From assembly GCA_048013815.1 (NCBI GenBank), contig CM106586.1, forward strand, positions 2,480,001 to 2,544,000: 64,000 bases of DNA, in the 5' to 3' direction. Of the stretch, positions 1-13,302 are shown in pieces (the stretch's first letter is position 1; every line of letters starts with the position of its first letter). Position numbers and translations under genes: made by a program. The stretch is from Setoptus koraiensis (Eukaryota > Animalia > Arthropoda). Under the pieces are notes generated by a model, which had not been told where the DNA came from, did not search any database, and saw only the letters and a program-made list of their open reading frames with translations.

Positions 1-3000
1 TCCCAGTGTCCGGCGTAGATCAAATGATATAGAGGGAGATGGTAAATATTTCACGTTAATTGAATGCTTGAATAAGTAATATTTCTCTGATAAATTTGTC
101 TCGACAATCCATTTCGATCAAATACAATGTATCAAGGAAGAACGCATCTGCTCGAATATATAGTTATGGGTATGGGACGTGGGGGAAGGGAAAGTCTAGA
201 GGAATAGAGAAAAAAAACGAATATTTGGCGCGCTCTATACCTCACAACTAGTGTGTGCCTCGTCCAAACACCTTCCCCCCCCCCCTTGTGTACACGCTGC
301 AATGAGCGGTTATTGCACATAACAGTTGATAATTGGGTTAATCTACCATCATCGACATGCAATACATCGAGGCAGCAATAAGAAGATCCATTTCAATTAA
401 CACGATTCTCGGGATTTGATCCACTTTCATCGACAACCGTGCATACCACCTTGCTGCTGATATACGGCATAACACATATTTGTTTGTATTGTCAGATTTT
501 CATTTTCAAGTTTGCATTTACAATTACATTCGCAATCATGCAAGACATAGGAAAGTTATTTTTTCCAGTTATTATTACTCTCGGCTCAGATGTATATCAC
601 ATGACGGCGCGAAACAAACAACAACCTCTACTTCGAGCGCTAGTTGCAATATATGTAACTATCGATGATTATCTAAGGCAAAAGTCGTGACCGTGACCAT
701 GGTATCAATGATGTTAGCTCAGCAGCGGATTATTTCAACAAAAAACACATACACTCACACACAATGGCTTTCATGGGAGAATTTGTATCGGCCAAGACCA
801 CCTCTGTCCATACATCATGTGGACTAATTTTATTGGTCATGCCATAAGGTGACTTGTTTTTGTTCATCACAAATATCTACGACAAGATAGATTATATTTG
901 CATAAGTTAACTTATTGATGCTCTATTACAATCCGTATGGATAACAATAACAAATTCAGACGCACATGTGTTTCACCTTCATCAAAGGGTACTTGCGTCA
1001 TGTAATGTCCAGAGTTATAATAATGCTGCTGCTGTTTTCTAATCTTGCCCGAAAGAATGGTATCATAAAGTATGGTACAATAGTTTTGTTTGACAGCCAA
1101 CTAGCGAAAATGCTAAATATAATCACAACCCACACATGAATGTAAGGTATTAAGCATGCACATTAGGCACAGCATGTTAAAGTTGACAGTGTGTATTATA
1201 TAACATGCAAAGAAAGAAGTGTTTGTTCTTTGCTTTTCTTCAAGTGGATAAGCCAATGTTAAGTCAACAACAACAGGAGCATTATTTCTTTATAATTATG
1301 ATTTACAATAATGATGATGCTAGAAAACTAACGAACAACAGGTTCATAGCAAGGCTCAGCGATACAACGCATATAAACACACTCTGGCAAACCGACAATA
1401 CTGTATATACGATGTACAATTTTACAATTGCATGATTGTGTTGCTGTTAGACCACGATACAAAATAGCATCTAAGACAAGATTAGATAAACAACAAGAAA
1501 AGGAAAGGATACCATTGACGAAGGTATCAAGAATTTAAATTAAATGTCCATTTTTGCGTGCAATTGGCAATGTTACATTGCTCACTTTTGCATTAGGTCA
1601 GTAGAGAAAAAACTACCGAATAGTGGTAGTAGGTAGATCAGTCGAGAAAGTTGCAATTTACTATTTGAGAACGGAGGTATTCGGACACATTTGCAGAATA
1701 GAAAACTGAACAACTTATGGCAACATTACCTGCCGACATCACAAAGTTTCAGTCATGTCAACCAACCAGTAGTAAGTTGTTGATGCATAAAAAATAGCTC
1801 TTGAGCGACAGATAGCGTTCACTATTGCTCGTTGTTGGAAGTCATAAATAGCAGCACTTGTGATTAATAATTGCTGAGTAGTCACTGGGCCACTTGATTG
1901 TTTTATTGTCTTTTGGGCAGTTTACTGTGCACTTTGAGAGTATATATTAGCAATCTCATTGTGGCAGCATCTATCTTCTTTGGAACTGGAACTAGACCAG
2001 AAATATATGAGTTTATTAGCTTAGATTAGCATTGGAAGAACCGCCAGTGCTATTATTGAAGATAGATATCAATCAAGATTCTATTGTTTATGCTCATGAT
2101 TGACAGCACCACAATTATAGCTACTGTTGGTCACTTTTGTTGTCTGCTGAACACCTCACACAAACATTGCATGTGGCCTTATCATGGGTGTTTATTATAA
2201 CGAAATACAGGACCGCCAAACAATAATCCCTCGGGTTATATTTGTTTTGGATAGATTGACTCGTCAATGACCGAGTTGGTCGAGAATTCATCATTGATTT
2301 ATAGATGATGATGTGTGAATGAATTTGTTGTCGCTGTCATCCGAATCAAATTAAGAGGAAAATAAGCGCCTGCCTAGAAGAACAAAGCGGTTGTTAGTTG
2401 TTTCACGATTTGTCATTTCAATTAATCAATCCAGCCAGCAACAAATTCGGAGAGACCACTACTCATGAAATGTTGTTGGACTACAGAATCTAGTGAAGAC
2501 TTACATGGACAATTACAAAGAGATTCAAGTCATCACATGGCTTTTGTTCTCTTGAGCGCTGTAATCAACTACGGCATACTGTACTAGCCACATCATCACC
2601 TATGCTAGACAATATTTGCCGCTGTTGACTAATAGGTAAAATTAACTCTTGCGTGAATTTGTTCGCTTGTTATATATTTTACACTATCAAGTGGATATAT
2701 AGTGAGAAAGTTAGCCCGAAGAATGAGCCATTAGTGGCAAACGATGAGCATCAACAGAATTAAGTGAGTTTTGTTGGGAAAATGGACCTTTTCTTTCTCT
2801 CTTGTGTGTTGCTGATGCGAATTGGTTAGCTCTTCCAAATTGATGGTAGTGTAGTGGTAGTGTTATAGTGAGAATTGTTTGGTTTCCTTTCGCAGGATCC
2901 AAAGAAGAAGAAGAGCAAAGAGAAAATCAAGAAGCAGACAAGATGAAAAGCCATGACCAACTTATCACTATTACCACCTGTAATACTTTCGAGTGGAATG

Positions 3001-5542
3001 CATTGGATCGCTGCTCAAACTAAATATGCTGCAACCCATTCCAGAGAAACATGTAAGATATTTGTGAGGCATTCATCGGGGCATAACTCGAGGTACAAAC
3101 TCTTGTTAGCGTCAGCAGGTATAGCGAGGTAGTGTAATGATGAAAAAAAAAGGATGGATTTAGCTCATTTTAAAATCCTGTATGCAATGTATAATCCTTG
3201 AAACTTGGCCTATTAAACTGATGGCCAGACTCGAGCTTATTAATAAGATTAGACAATCACCATGACAGTGAGACAGAGTTGGAGAGTATAACAATGCCCC
3301 ACCATTGTGATTAACAACTCCCCTCTAGCATTTAGTCAGTTATATATCTTGTTGAAAGATCATCAAGCTAACATTCAAATCAGCACTGATTGTTAATGAA
3401 GATTCACTTACTTTAATGTTTACTCTCAAACTCAATACAACAACAAGTTGTCTACATCATCATCATCATCTTAACAATTCTAATGAGCATTTTGAGATGC
3501 TAAAAAATTTTATCATCTTGAAGTTCATCATTATTCTGTTGCTCTTTTGAGGCTAGTCAATTTGCATAGACAACTGATGTCATCGCTTCATCAGGTTATA
3601 AATTTGACATCAATCATGTGTTGATGCTGCTTTGGGCAAGACAATATGCGCAAGGATTTGCATAATGCCTAGTGTCCGTATTTGTGCTACTTATCCTGAA
3701 ATGCTAATGATAACAGTTTTTATCTGTGCTTTTCGAATGGCTTCCTTGAAATAGCATCCTCAGGGGTATATTATCGAGGACATCACGCACTTAGAACCGT
3801 AGGAAGGGTTCTATAAGCTGCGAGTGCATTGTTTTAATCTCTATGGGATGACTCCTTTGCTGCCAAAAGAATTCATCTGTACAGTTGGGTAGTCAGCTTT
3901 CAATGCAACTGACCATAATGGAGATGGCCGCATGAATTGAACCTCGGGCCAGTTAAGTGGTCTCGTGCAAATTAGCATCGAGCCTGAAATGACCCTTAAT
4001 TAATCGATGAAATAGCAGTGAAGACTGACGACGAAACTGTCAGTATCACAGTCTCTGCAAACAGAGAGGAAGCGACTATTTCTACGCAATTCGCTTGTGG
4101 TGACTCACCGATTGCGTATTAACTTCCTAGGGTTCTCATGGTTGTAAGTTGAAAATTGCCCACAAGACCGTAGAAAGTTTTGCTGCTTTTCAAAAAGTTT
4201 TCATTTGCCCATCGAAAGATTCCGTCGTCTAGCCAGATAGTAGGTCGTCTCCACTGTAGTTGTTGTGTGCAGCTGGATCGATGAGTTACTGGACATTGCA
4301 CAAACTTAACTATCAGTTACAAATTGTTCATCAATGAATGAGAACGACAAGTATCACATCAACAGCAGCAAATGCCACAATTATTGGCTATGGCGCAAAT
4401 TGATTCTTGATGATGATCAATTTATAGAGCACTGTTTCAACCACTAAATTATCGAGAAGTTTCTGTTGCTACCAGTTGCCAGATAGCAGATATTTGAGAG
4501 TTGTGCAGAAGAAGAGAGGAATTCTCTCAGAGAAAATCTCACTCTCATCTGATCTAGACACATCACCCTAGGCAAGTGTGGGCTAGGCAGGTTGTGAGCA
4601 AGAGAGTGTGAACTATTAACACACATTAAAAGTTATCAATGTGTGTGTTTGTGTGTATGTCTGGAGTTTATCTTACATAACAGCTATAACAATGGTTATT
4701 ATTGCGAATGACCATACCACATACAGGGCCTACAAATAAGACCAAATCCAAATGACCTTACAAGAAAGAAGAGCCAGTAATAAAGTGGCCGTTAGTCCAT
4801 GTGTATTTTTTGTGAGTCTGCGTGGGATGACCGAAGCTCTATAATGGTCAATATTGTATATTGTGAGCCGGCCGGAATTGAAAGCCAATGGTGATTGCTG
4901 CCCGCTTTGATGCATAACAGCTAACATGAACAGGTGATTATTCTTTGTGTGTTGTTTAGTGCTTTTTTCTATGGTCAAGCTCCAACAACAAACAATACCT
5001 GACTAATTATGGTTTAGGCAATTGGTCAACATATCATTTAGACGATACTGAATGCAATGATATTCTCGTTTAGCATAATGGACGGCTAATAGACACTCAT
5101 GTATAGATGTAGAGGTCTATTTATACTCTAAGCCGATAGTTAGTTGAGGGGTCGATCAGTCTAGCGGACGCATCCAAATAAATTTGGGCTTCACTATAGA
5201 AAACAAATGATAATGAATCAACTTTTTCTTCGACCATCTCTACATGACTATTGAAATACGCTGTGAACTGTATGGATATTGATCGCGCCGTTGGTGGCGA
5301 CGTAAATTGTTCACAAAGAAAACCGTTCTAATTAGGTGCAGTAAGCAGCCATCCACTCGATAGGAGCAAGTTTTTTATCTAGTCAACAGAATTCAACTGG
5401 TCACCTTGTCCTGTGAGACGTGTGACCATATTATGCGCCACATTAAGCTTGAAAAACATGCCAGCTTATACAGTGGAAAAGGCTACCTACTTAATGACCA
5501 TTTTATTATATAAATAACATTTCAAACAACAACCATATTGCA

Positions 5543-5543
5543 C

Positions 5544-5574
<31 letters not shown>
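5543..5574. repeat. Interrupted (CT)n microsatellite
   Basis: Direct reading. Confidence 0.9.
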
Positions 5575-8422
5575 GTCTGTCTATCAGTTTGTACCTGTCT
5601 CTCACTTGTGAATCATAAGTTATGATACCATCTCGAGCGTATAATTTCACCATGTCAACATGATGATATCTTGTTGACATTATGTGAGATTTTTATTTAA
5701 ATAAACAACATAACATGCCCACATCTACTGTCTGGACAAATAAAGCTATTCCAATTGTTGACGCATTCAGGGAAGGCGCACAACTGGACCACTATCAACT
5801 TACTATTAACTATGAGGGCAACTTTCTGCACGCTGTCTGGATCCATAAAAGTCCAGCTAGCGGCACCGGCGTGTAAATGTAAATTGTTGTCATAATCATA
5901 TCATTAGAAGCAAAGTTGATTATGTCACTGTTGTTAGTGTTGTTGTTGTTTTGGCAACCAATGAACATACAACAATGGGATTTGCATGTGAAATCAATTG
6001 TGCAACAGGAGCGAGATTGGTCAGCAAGCCAGAGATCGGTAATAATGTGCAGACACTTGAGACGACAAGGCTCGTTTGTCTAGGCGAATTGAAAATTGTG
6101 TTCAATGTGAGAAATATGTGAGAATTCTCTCATTGTGATATTCTAATTTTCTCATGACTCTCTCACTCCCTCCTTCCCTCTTTCCGGTCTACACCGTTCA
6201 CTTTTTCATTTTTCACTTTTTCTCCACTTGTTACTATTGTTGTTGTTGTCTTTATCAAATCTTTACATCATTATATGTGCGTATAAATAGATACGAACTA
6301 TATGTTACAGTTTGATAATTGTCAACATTAAACAGTGAAGCATGGAATTGTTTTGTGAGAAAGATGTAACACTTTCTCTCTTCCTGATCAACGGGGTGTC
6401 ATGTCACCAGCATTGAGAAACAGTATGTCTATTTATACCACACTATGTTTCATATGTAACACCATATAGCCATTAACATATGACGTATAATAATAATGAA
6501 ATTACTGTATTGTCTGGCTGTATTATTCATAGAGTGCAATTGCTATTGTGATTGAATGTTACCTATCCGGGTCAACGGCTATTTGAAACTTACAAAAAGT
6601 AACAGCATGTTGTGCGTCTATCTATCTCGTCATGGCGGATGATCATCGAGGATGGCGACAGCATAAGGCAGCTCGTGTGAACTGATATCTTCGTTGCGTT
6701 TGCTGGAAATATGAATATGATTGATACCAAGCAAATTATGTGTCTGACCATAAATTAAATATGGCACAATTCAAGCTTAATATATCGGGTCGGTAGATCG
6801 ACAATTCATGACAGCGTCATGACAATGGACAGCAGGCGCTTCTCACATAGACGGGATATATCGCTAATATAACACAGCATGATATCGTCACCGTGATAAA
6901 TTGCCATTGTCTGGATATTTCTAATTAACTTGGCCAACTATACTCGGAAACGAATCCTTGAAACAATGATTGATTTTATACTACTGTTAGAGGGCCTCTA
7001 ATTGCGAATACTCTCTCTGCTATCTCACACCCCCATCTCTGCCCGATAGATTGAAAAGTAATCGACTGCGTACTGTCACTAATTATCGTGTCGAGCAAAT
7101 CACATTGGTCTACTACTTACATTTACTAATGAATCAGATTGCCCTTGGATGCAATATCAGAGAGTCTTGTGTTGCTGCTGTCGTTTGCGATGCAATTGTG
7201 TCTCGCTGTTCTTTTTCTATGACAGAAATCTTGATGCTCTGAGATGTTCAAAAAAACTTTGTGTGTCAACTAGTCTTGGGGATATTTGCACAACACCAAT
7301 TAATAACCAACGGATAACTGATAATTTGCCGGTGTTAATATCGGATAGTGCTATGAGTTTGGTGACGAGATGTTCCGTTTTTTGGCGGCCATACATGTAA
7401 AAGTGTTTGAGCTTATAACGAACTGTGCAATAATTGTTATTGAAACTATGAAAACTCTGAACCACAATGGCAACAGTTGAGAAAAAACCAAAGCTTCACA
7501 ACAGGTAAATTGTACTTATGTAAACTGATACTACACACTGGCGCACTTTTGGCAACTGAGATATCCTCTCACCGTTACACAAACAGCAACGGCAACTTGC
7601 GATACGGCAACAACAACAGCAACAGCAACGGTCACACAACAAAGCTTCTCTCGCAAACTTCTCTCGGCTTGACAGGTGAATGGCAACAACAGAGCATTAG
7701 TAGTAGCTCCGTTAGATGGTTGGCAAGGCGGAGCTTCAGCCATCCAGTATGTTACATGATGTTGCATTGTTTGGTCAGTTGTTGACTGGCTATGGCTGCT
7801 GGCTAGTGATATAATATTTTTATATTAAATCACACACACACACACAAATAGCATGCATAGTGTATTGTGTAGGTTAGGGATTGCATGACAGGGAGGAGTT
7901 TTCGCGGCAAATAGTAACGGAATCTTTGTGCCGTTTACATGGGCGTTTTGCACACAAGATATTTCATTGAATTGATAGATCTTCCGATTGTCAGCTAGGC
8001 GACTTTTCTCTTACTAGTTGGCCGGTTGGCTAGAAAACATGACACTAGTAGCTTGAGTTTGTTGTATGCCACAAGATTCTATTATCAAAGGCACGCTGCC
8101 ATGCCTCTCGGAGATTACTGCAGCAATATGAATGCATGAGCTTGCATATTTATATGAGCCAGCAACACATGAATTAGCCCAATTCATCTATGCAAATCTC
8201 GGCCGGCTAGTCTAGCAATAACTGTCCACATGCAGCCGATAACTGACAATATTTGTTCATCAGCTTGGCTTGGTAGTAGCGTGCCTATTACTGCGCCTTA
8301 CGAGTTTGCGTATGAGGAGGGGTGATCTGTCAGTTTGTGTTGTGTGAGTAGCATGCTAATTGGCAATAATGTCTAATTTGCATAACTCACAACCAAGCCC
8401 AAATAACACACTATATACTATA

Positions 8423-8425
<3 letters not shown>

Positions 8426-8469
<44 letters not shown>
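8426..8469. repeat. (AG)17 microsatellite with degenerate extension
   Basis: Direct reading. Confidence 0.95.
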
Positions 8470-11400
8470 CTCTGTGCTCCATGATGCAACCAATTGGTTG
8501 TGAAAGTGCAAACCTAATAGTATTGTATCATCATTGCATCGACTAGACAATTGGATGATGATTGCCTCAAATGATGATAGACGCACAACGATAGAGAAAG
8601 CTGTCTAGATGAATTCAATCATATGGTCATCATCACATGCTTTAACAACAGCCATTGACCACCAATGCATGTACAGCTGGTACTGAGTGCAGCGAGCATT
8701 GTTGTTGGTTTGAAACTTTTTTCATGATTATCCTCACTCACAAATCATCGTCGTCGTCGTCGTCATCATCATTTAACAATGCATCATGATTAACAATAAT
8801 GGCGATGATGATCATGTGAGAGATTAAAACTCTCGCTAAGTGTCCCTAGCTCGCCAGACAGACATAACCTGAATTCACACACACACACACTACTATGTTT
8901 TCACATCATGCTGCTAATGTGTTATGTAATGTGTGCAAGTTGTACAATATGAGTTGTTATGAAAAGGATCTCATCACGAGACAGCAATTGCAAGCTACGG
9001 AGAGATTGAGAGAGCGAGAGAGAAATAGAGATACAAGACACATTAGAATGGTAAATGAGAGTTGAATCATCGAATTCAATGATTTGATCATTCGAAGAAC
9101 AACAAAACTTTGCACAACAATGTGGGATTTGTGTGGCTGTGATGGACAACCGTCTGGCTGTCCGTCTCTGTGTTTTCATTATTAACAAATTAGTTCATCC
9201 TCTTATGACGCTCAACAATCTAATATTGCTATAAACGAACTCATCGTGTACCCGACGCCAACCACACTCAACATCAACCACAAAGATGTATCACTGAAGC
9301 GGCTTACAACAAACACAAAATGTTACTCGAGTGTTAGACAACTCGCTAACTCACTTATACTCGCTCACTTGTTAGTGTTTGTGCGACTAGCCGGGAAACT
9401 TGCATAATCCTCCTAAACTCGTCAATCGTTTGCCTCTTGAGCACAACAAATTTGCCTCCTTTATTCTCTTGTGTGTGTGTGTGTTTAAACTTGAAGAGAA
9501 GCCTTTCGCTTAGAGATGATCCTGACTCCTCTGAGTGATGTAACCACGATAATGTAGCAATGACCATGATGATTAACAATAACAAGTAGATCACATAATA
9601 ATAACAGATCGTCGGGCACGCAACTGCAGATTGAGCCGGTCTAGATCTTGTCGGCATTGTAACCCAAATACACACATAGCCAGACAGTGATAGAGAGGAT
9701 TTAAATGACGACTCCAATCAGTTACATCATGCTCATCATCGTTGAATATCCAGGTGATAAGGTATAAAGGTCCGATTCTAGAGGACGACACGACAAAGGT
9801 TGGTATGGCGAGCGTTGAAGAGAAAGCTAACTATACTGATTCGATGCATGCCATAGTTGATTCAGGCCAAAATAACCCAAGGATTATTATAACTGTTGTC
9901 AGCATTATTTGTTGATAGGAGACAGGCAGAGAATTGTGTCGAGCTTTTGCTGTGGGACATCGATTGAGTTTGCACACGAATGTAACTGCACTGTACAAAA
10001 TGCAAAACTACACGGACAGAACACGGCTGGATTGATGGGCATCCTGTTGTTTTCGATGACGACGAGCAAAGGTTAGGGAGACGACGGACACTTGTTGCTG
10101 CTGCCATTGCGGTTACAATGACGGCCTTCTCTTTCTCTCTCTCTCTCCCAGTCTGCGATTATTACATAATCGGTATAATGAATTTCGATTGCGATGAGTT
10201 TCTATTTAAATTTTATCATCATCATTCTGGCTTGGCGCCTGACTAAACGATCGCGTGATAATAGCGAATTGTTTTGTTTTTTGTTTCTTGAAACTCGATA
10301 CAGTGCTGTCCGTTTCTTTTTCTCTTTTCGCCTTGTCCAGATCATAGTCTTGCGATCACGACCAAAGCTAACCAATGCAAGCCGCTATTAAACCCGCATC
10401 GTCGTGCGCCTCATTGAACCTGTCGATGTTTATGTGCCGTTGTCCATTTGAAATGGACAGTTGGTGCAATTGGAATAATCGCAATAAACCACTGAGGCAC
10501 GCGACACATTATCATTATTACATAAATTTGTTCATGACTCATTTAAATAGCAATCTTGCAACGGCCGACTCGGGCAACGTTTTTTTCGCAACACACCACT
10601 AACATGATTTCACATCATACAAACTCATTCTCCACTAATTGTATTGTGACCTGGAAATTTTCTCTATTTTTTTCTCTATTTCTCTCGCATTTAATCTCTC
10701 TTTTCGAGACCTAAATCTTGTCTACCAGGGCAGCATCCCGCACAAGATGCACGCATACCGGCCATAAAACATACAGGTGGATAGTTACTTGTAAACGCAC
10801 ATCATCATCTTGAGGTTATCATGCAAAACTAACAAACATCGGCTGAAACTTGAGTCGATCGACACAGTTCGCTCAAGAGAAGCTCCATATCACACAGGCT
10901 GTTAACGAGATTACAACAAGAACAGTGTTGATCGCGAATTGCGATACGCGATACTTTAATTAGCAAAGTGTCAACTTATCAATTGATGCCGGCTAACAGG
11001 CGTTTAAAAACAGTTTATAAACATGTTTATTCAAGGCTGATCTGCAGATGTGATGAACTTATCCTGTTAAAACGGGAACATTATCATGATAAGCACAAAC
11101 GAATAGATTGGATAATAACAAGATCGTTAGGGCCAGATAACAAGGGATTAATTGAAAACAATAAAAACATGTCATGTTTGCGCAGCAGGATTGTGCACAA
11201 CAGTGATTTATCCGATGGTCTGTTCTTCTTGTGCACAATAAAGCGCTAACAAAATGTTGTAAAATGTCAGTCTGATCGCGGTCACTTTACCATATCTTGC
11301 AAATATCTGCATCTCGGATTGAAGAATTTATGAACAAAATGGACGCTGTCAAGTTTTGCCGGGCTAACTATTGCCAGGCAAATATATAGGGTGAAACAAG

Positions 11401-11552
11401 TTACAAGTGCCGAACGAGATTTAGCAGTCAGGAATTTCTTCTGTGGCGAGCACAGTTAATCCCTTTATCTATCTGTGCTAATCTTTTGTGCACGGTTCAC
11501 AGTCGTGCCTACCGTACAGCTGTCAGAATAGCGCGCACCGCTCAAAACACAA

Positions 11553-11562
11553 AACAGCTGAT
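11553..11562. promoter_or_regulatory. AACAGCTGAT (Drosophila Ohler motif 5 / E-box type core-promoter element) upstream of COMMD
   Basis: Exact match to AWCAGCTGWT ~210 bp before the ATG; the identical 10-mer lies upstream of TRRAP at 25746-25755. Confidence 0.35.
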
Positions 11563-11770
11563 CAAACAAATGACTTTTTGGATATGAAACAAACAACTTG
11601 CCCTCTCCTAATTACATTCCTCGTTAATTAAAATAACCAATTATACACAAACTCACACCTCCAATTGAAACCGATAGCAGGGAGTAATCGCAACAACTTA
11701 TCAAGGCACATTGATGAAAATCCATAGAAAACTTATTGACTTATTGACAGGTAATATTGCCACCTAACAC

Positions 11771-12103
11771 ATGAAGTCGTCGTTTGTTGATGAACGAGAC
11801 ATTCTAGGAGATAGTTTGAAGTCATCTGTTCCTGGTAGTGTTTCAGCCAGCGCTGGACAAGGTCAGACCAAACATACCAAGCTCATTTCCCTTGATTGGA
11901 GAATCTGTATCAGAGTGATAAACAGTGGCGAGCTCGAAGGAAGTAGGCCAAAGACTGTTATACAATTGAAAATTAGAACAGCCGACGACCGTATCACATT
12001 CTTGGAACTAAACCGTGCAGACTTGCGTACGCTTCACAACAAATTGAAAATCTCGTCGAGCTATCTGGATATATCCAACTCAGAGATTTCCGATTCCAGC
12101 TAG
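11771..12103 (+). CDS. Short COMM-domain protein (COMMD family, COMMD6-like architecture), single exon, 110 aa
   Basis: KLISLDWRICIRVINSGELEGSRPKTVIQLKIRTADDRITFLELNRADLRTLHNKL matches the COMM domain pattern (LxDxxWR ... P.V.L.L ... FEL...L..L...L). An in-frame TAA at 11765-67 fixes the ATG at 11771 unless upstream splicing occurs. The ~120-aa helical N-terminal domain of most COMMDs is missing, as in COMMD6. Paralog identity not determined. Confidence 0.72.
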   Translation: MKSSFVDERDILGDSLKSSVPGSVSASAGQGQTKHTKLISLDWRICIRVINSGELEGSRPKTVIQLKIRTADDRITFLELNRADLRTLHNKLKISSSYLDISNSEISDSS

Positions 12104-12158
12104 TCAACTAGTATATCATCGAGAGAATTCATACTAGCGCCTTATACTCACCTAAACA

Positions 12159-13002
12159 ATGCAAGCCAGCAATGTTGTTTTTGGTGAAGCTTCAGAGTCA
12201 GATAGTGAAGATGATGCTTGTCAGGCCAACACTCAGGTTATCAGTGAGCCGAAAAAACAGTCCCACCTGGGTGGAAACAGACAGGTTACTGGTGGCAGTT
12301 TAACGGGTGTTGAGCCAGTCATGAAAATTAAACATGATGAGTGCCCATCGTAAGTATCAATTCAGAGCTCAAATATATTTCATTGGTATATTTCATCTAT
12401 CTAACTCGTTACATTTTCTTTTTCTTTCATGGGTAACGATTGTTCAACGGCACAGGCTGCTTCATCAAACACTAAGTAAGTAAAGATTCCATAAGAAAGC
12501 CGAATTGTTTAAAGTAGAAATCATTCTACAGAGATTCGATATAGTAGGTTCTATTAATTCTATTCATCGCAATATTGTGCGACTGATAATTTGATGTCAG
12601 AACAACTCGTCTTTATCTGTACAATTCTTAGAGTGTTGGTAGCCCTTTGGCATTTTTGTTTGCATCGTTTTTTATCTGCTTGTTTTTTATAGTATTAAAA
12701 CAAATCCTACGCTATTTTTACTTGATATATCCCATAACTCCCGTTTCAAATATCATACCAACAATCAACAAGTAGGATCTAAGAACAGGCAGTTGCGCTC
12801 ATGCTTGATCCACATTTATTGTCATCCGTACGAGAGCGCAAATAAAGATATTGATGCAATCAGTCAAAAACTAATCGCTTCACAGAGGATCATACAGACG
12901 GTGGATACGTCATTACGTAAAATTAAGCGAGAACTTGATCAGATTGAGCTTGTGTCGTGGCCTGCCATGATGAGTCCACGCTGGAGTATTAATGATGAAT
13001 AA
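12159..13002 (+). CDS. BLOC1S3: BLOC-1 subunit 3 (BLOS3), 3 exons: 12159-12349, 12456-12475, 12776-13002; 145 aa
   Basis: N-terminal VVFGEASESDSEDD motif is typical of BLOS3. Donors GTAAGT at 12350 and 12476; acceptors CACAG at 12451-55 and TAG at 12773-75. Phases join to give ECPSLLHQTLRSKNRQLRSCLIHIYCHPYESANKDIDAISQKLIASQRIIQTVDTSLRKIKRELDQIE, the BLOS3 coiled-coil core. Total CDS 438 nt, frame intact. Confidence 0.85.
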
Positions 13003-13003
13003 A
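12998..13003 (+). terminator. Possible poly(A) signal AATAAA overlapping the BLOS3 stop codon
   Basis: GAA TAA A at the end of exon 3. Confidence 0.35.
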
Positions 13004-13302
13004 TGAGTATATATTTTCTAGTTGATATTTAGTCGTACAAGATATGATAGTTTCAAAAATGCGTTCAGAGTATTGTTTGGTGTGCGATTATGCTTAAGTG
13101 TATGTTATTTTGTTTGCGCTATAGCCCTAAGAACAGCTTGTGCATGTGAGATCAACCACATGTGGGTAGGATAGATGGATATTAAAGCTGATATTTGGTG
13201 GTGTGTGGATGTGTGTTATGAGATTTCCCGATAATGAGATTAAAATTTCTTATATCTACACCTGAAGATGAATCAACGTTTGTGCAAATAGTAAAAAATA
13301 AG

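Noticed and set aside
4119-4301. KTFYGLVGNF resembling the Ty3/gypsy RT connection motif RSFLGL
   Set aside because: No YxDD, protease, integrase or LTR features nearby.
12101-12161. Stop-codon readthrough fusing COMMD to BLOS3
   Set aside because: The ORFs are out of frame (offset 388 nt), and readthrough meets a TGA shortly after.
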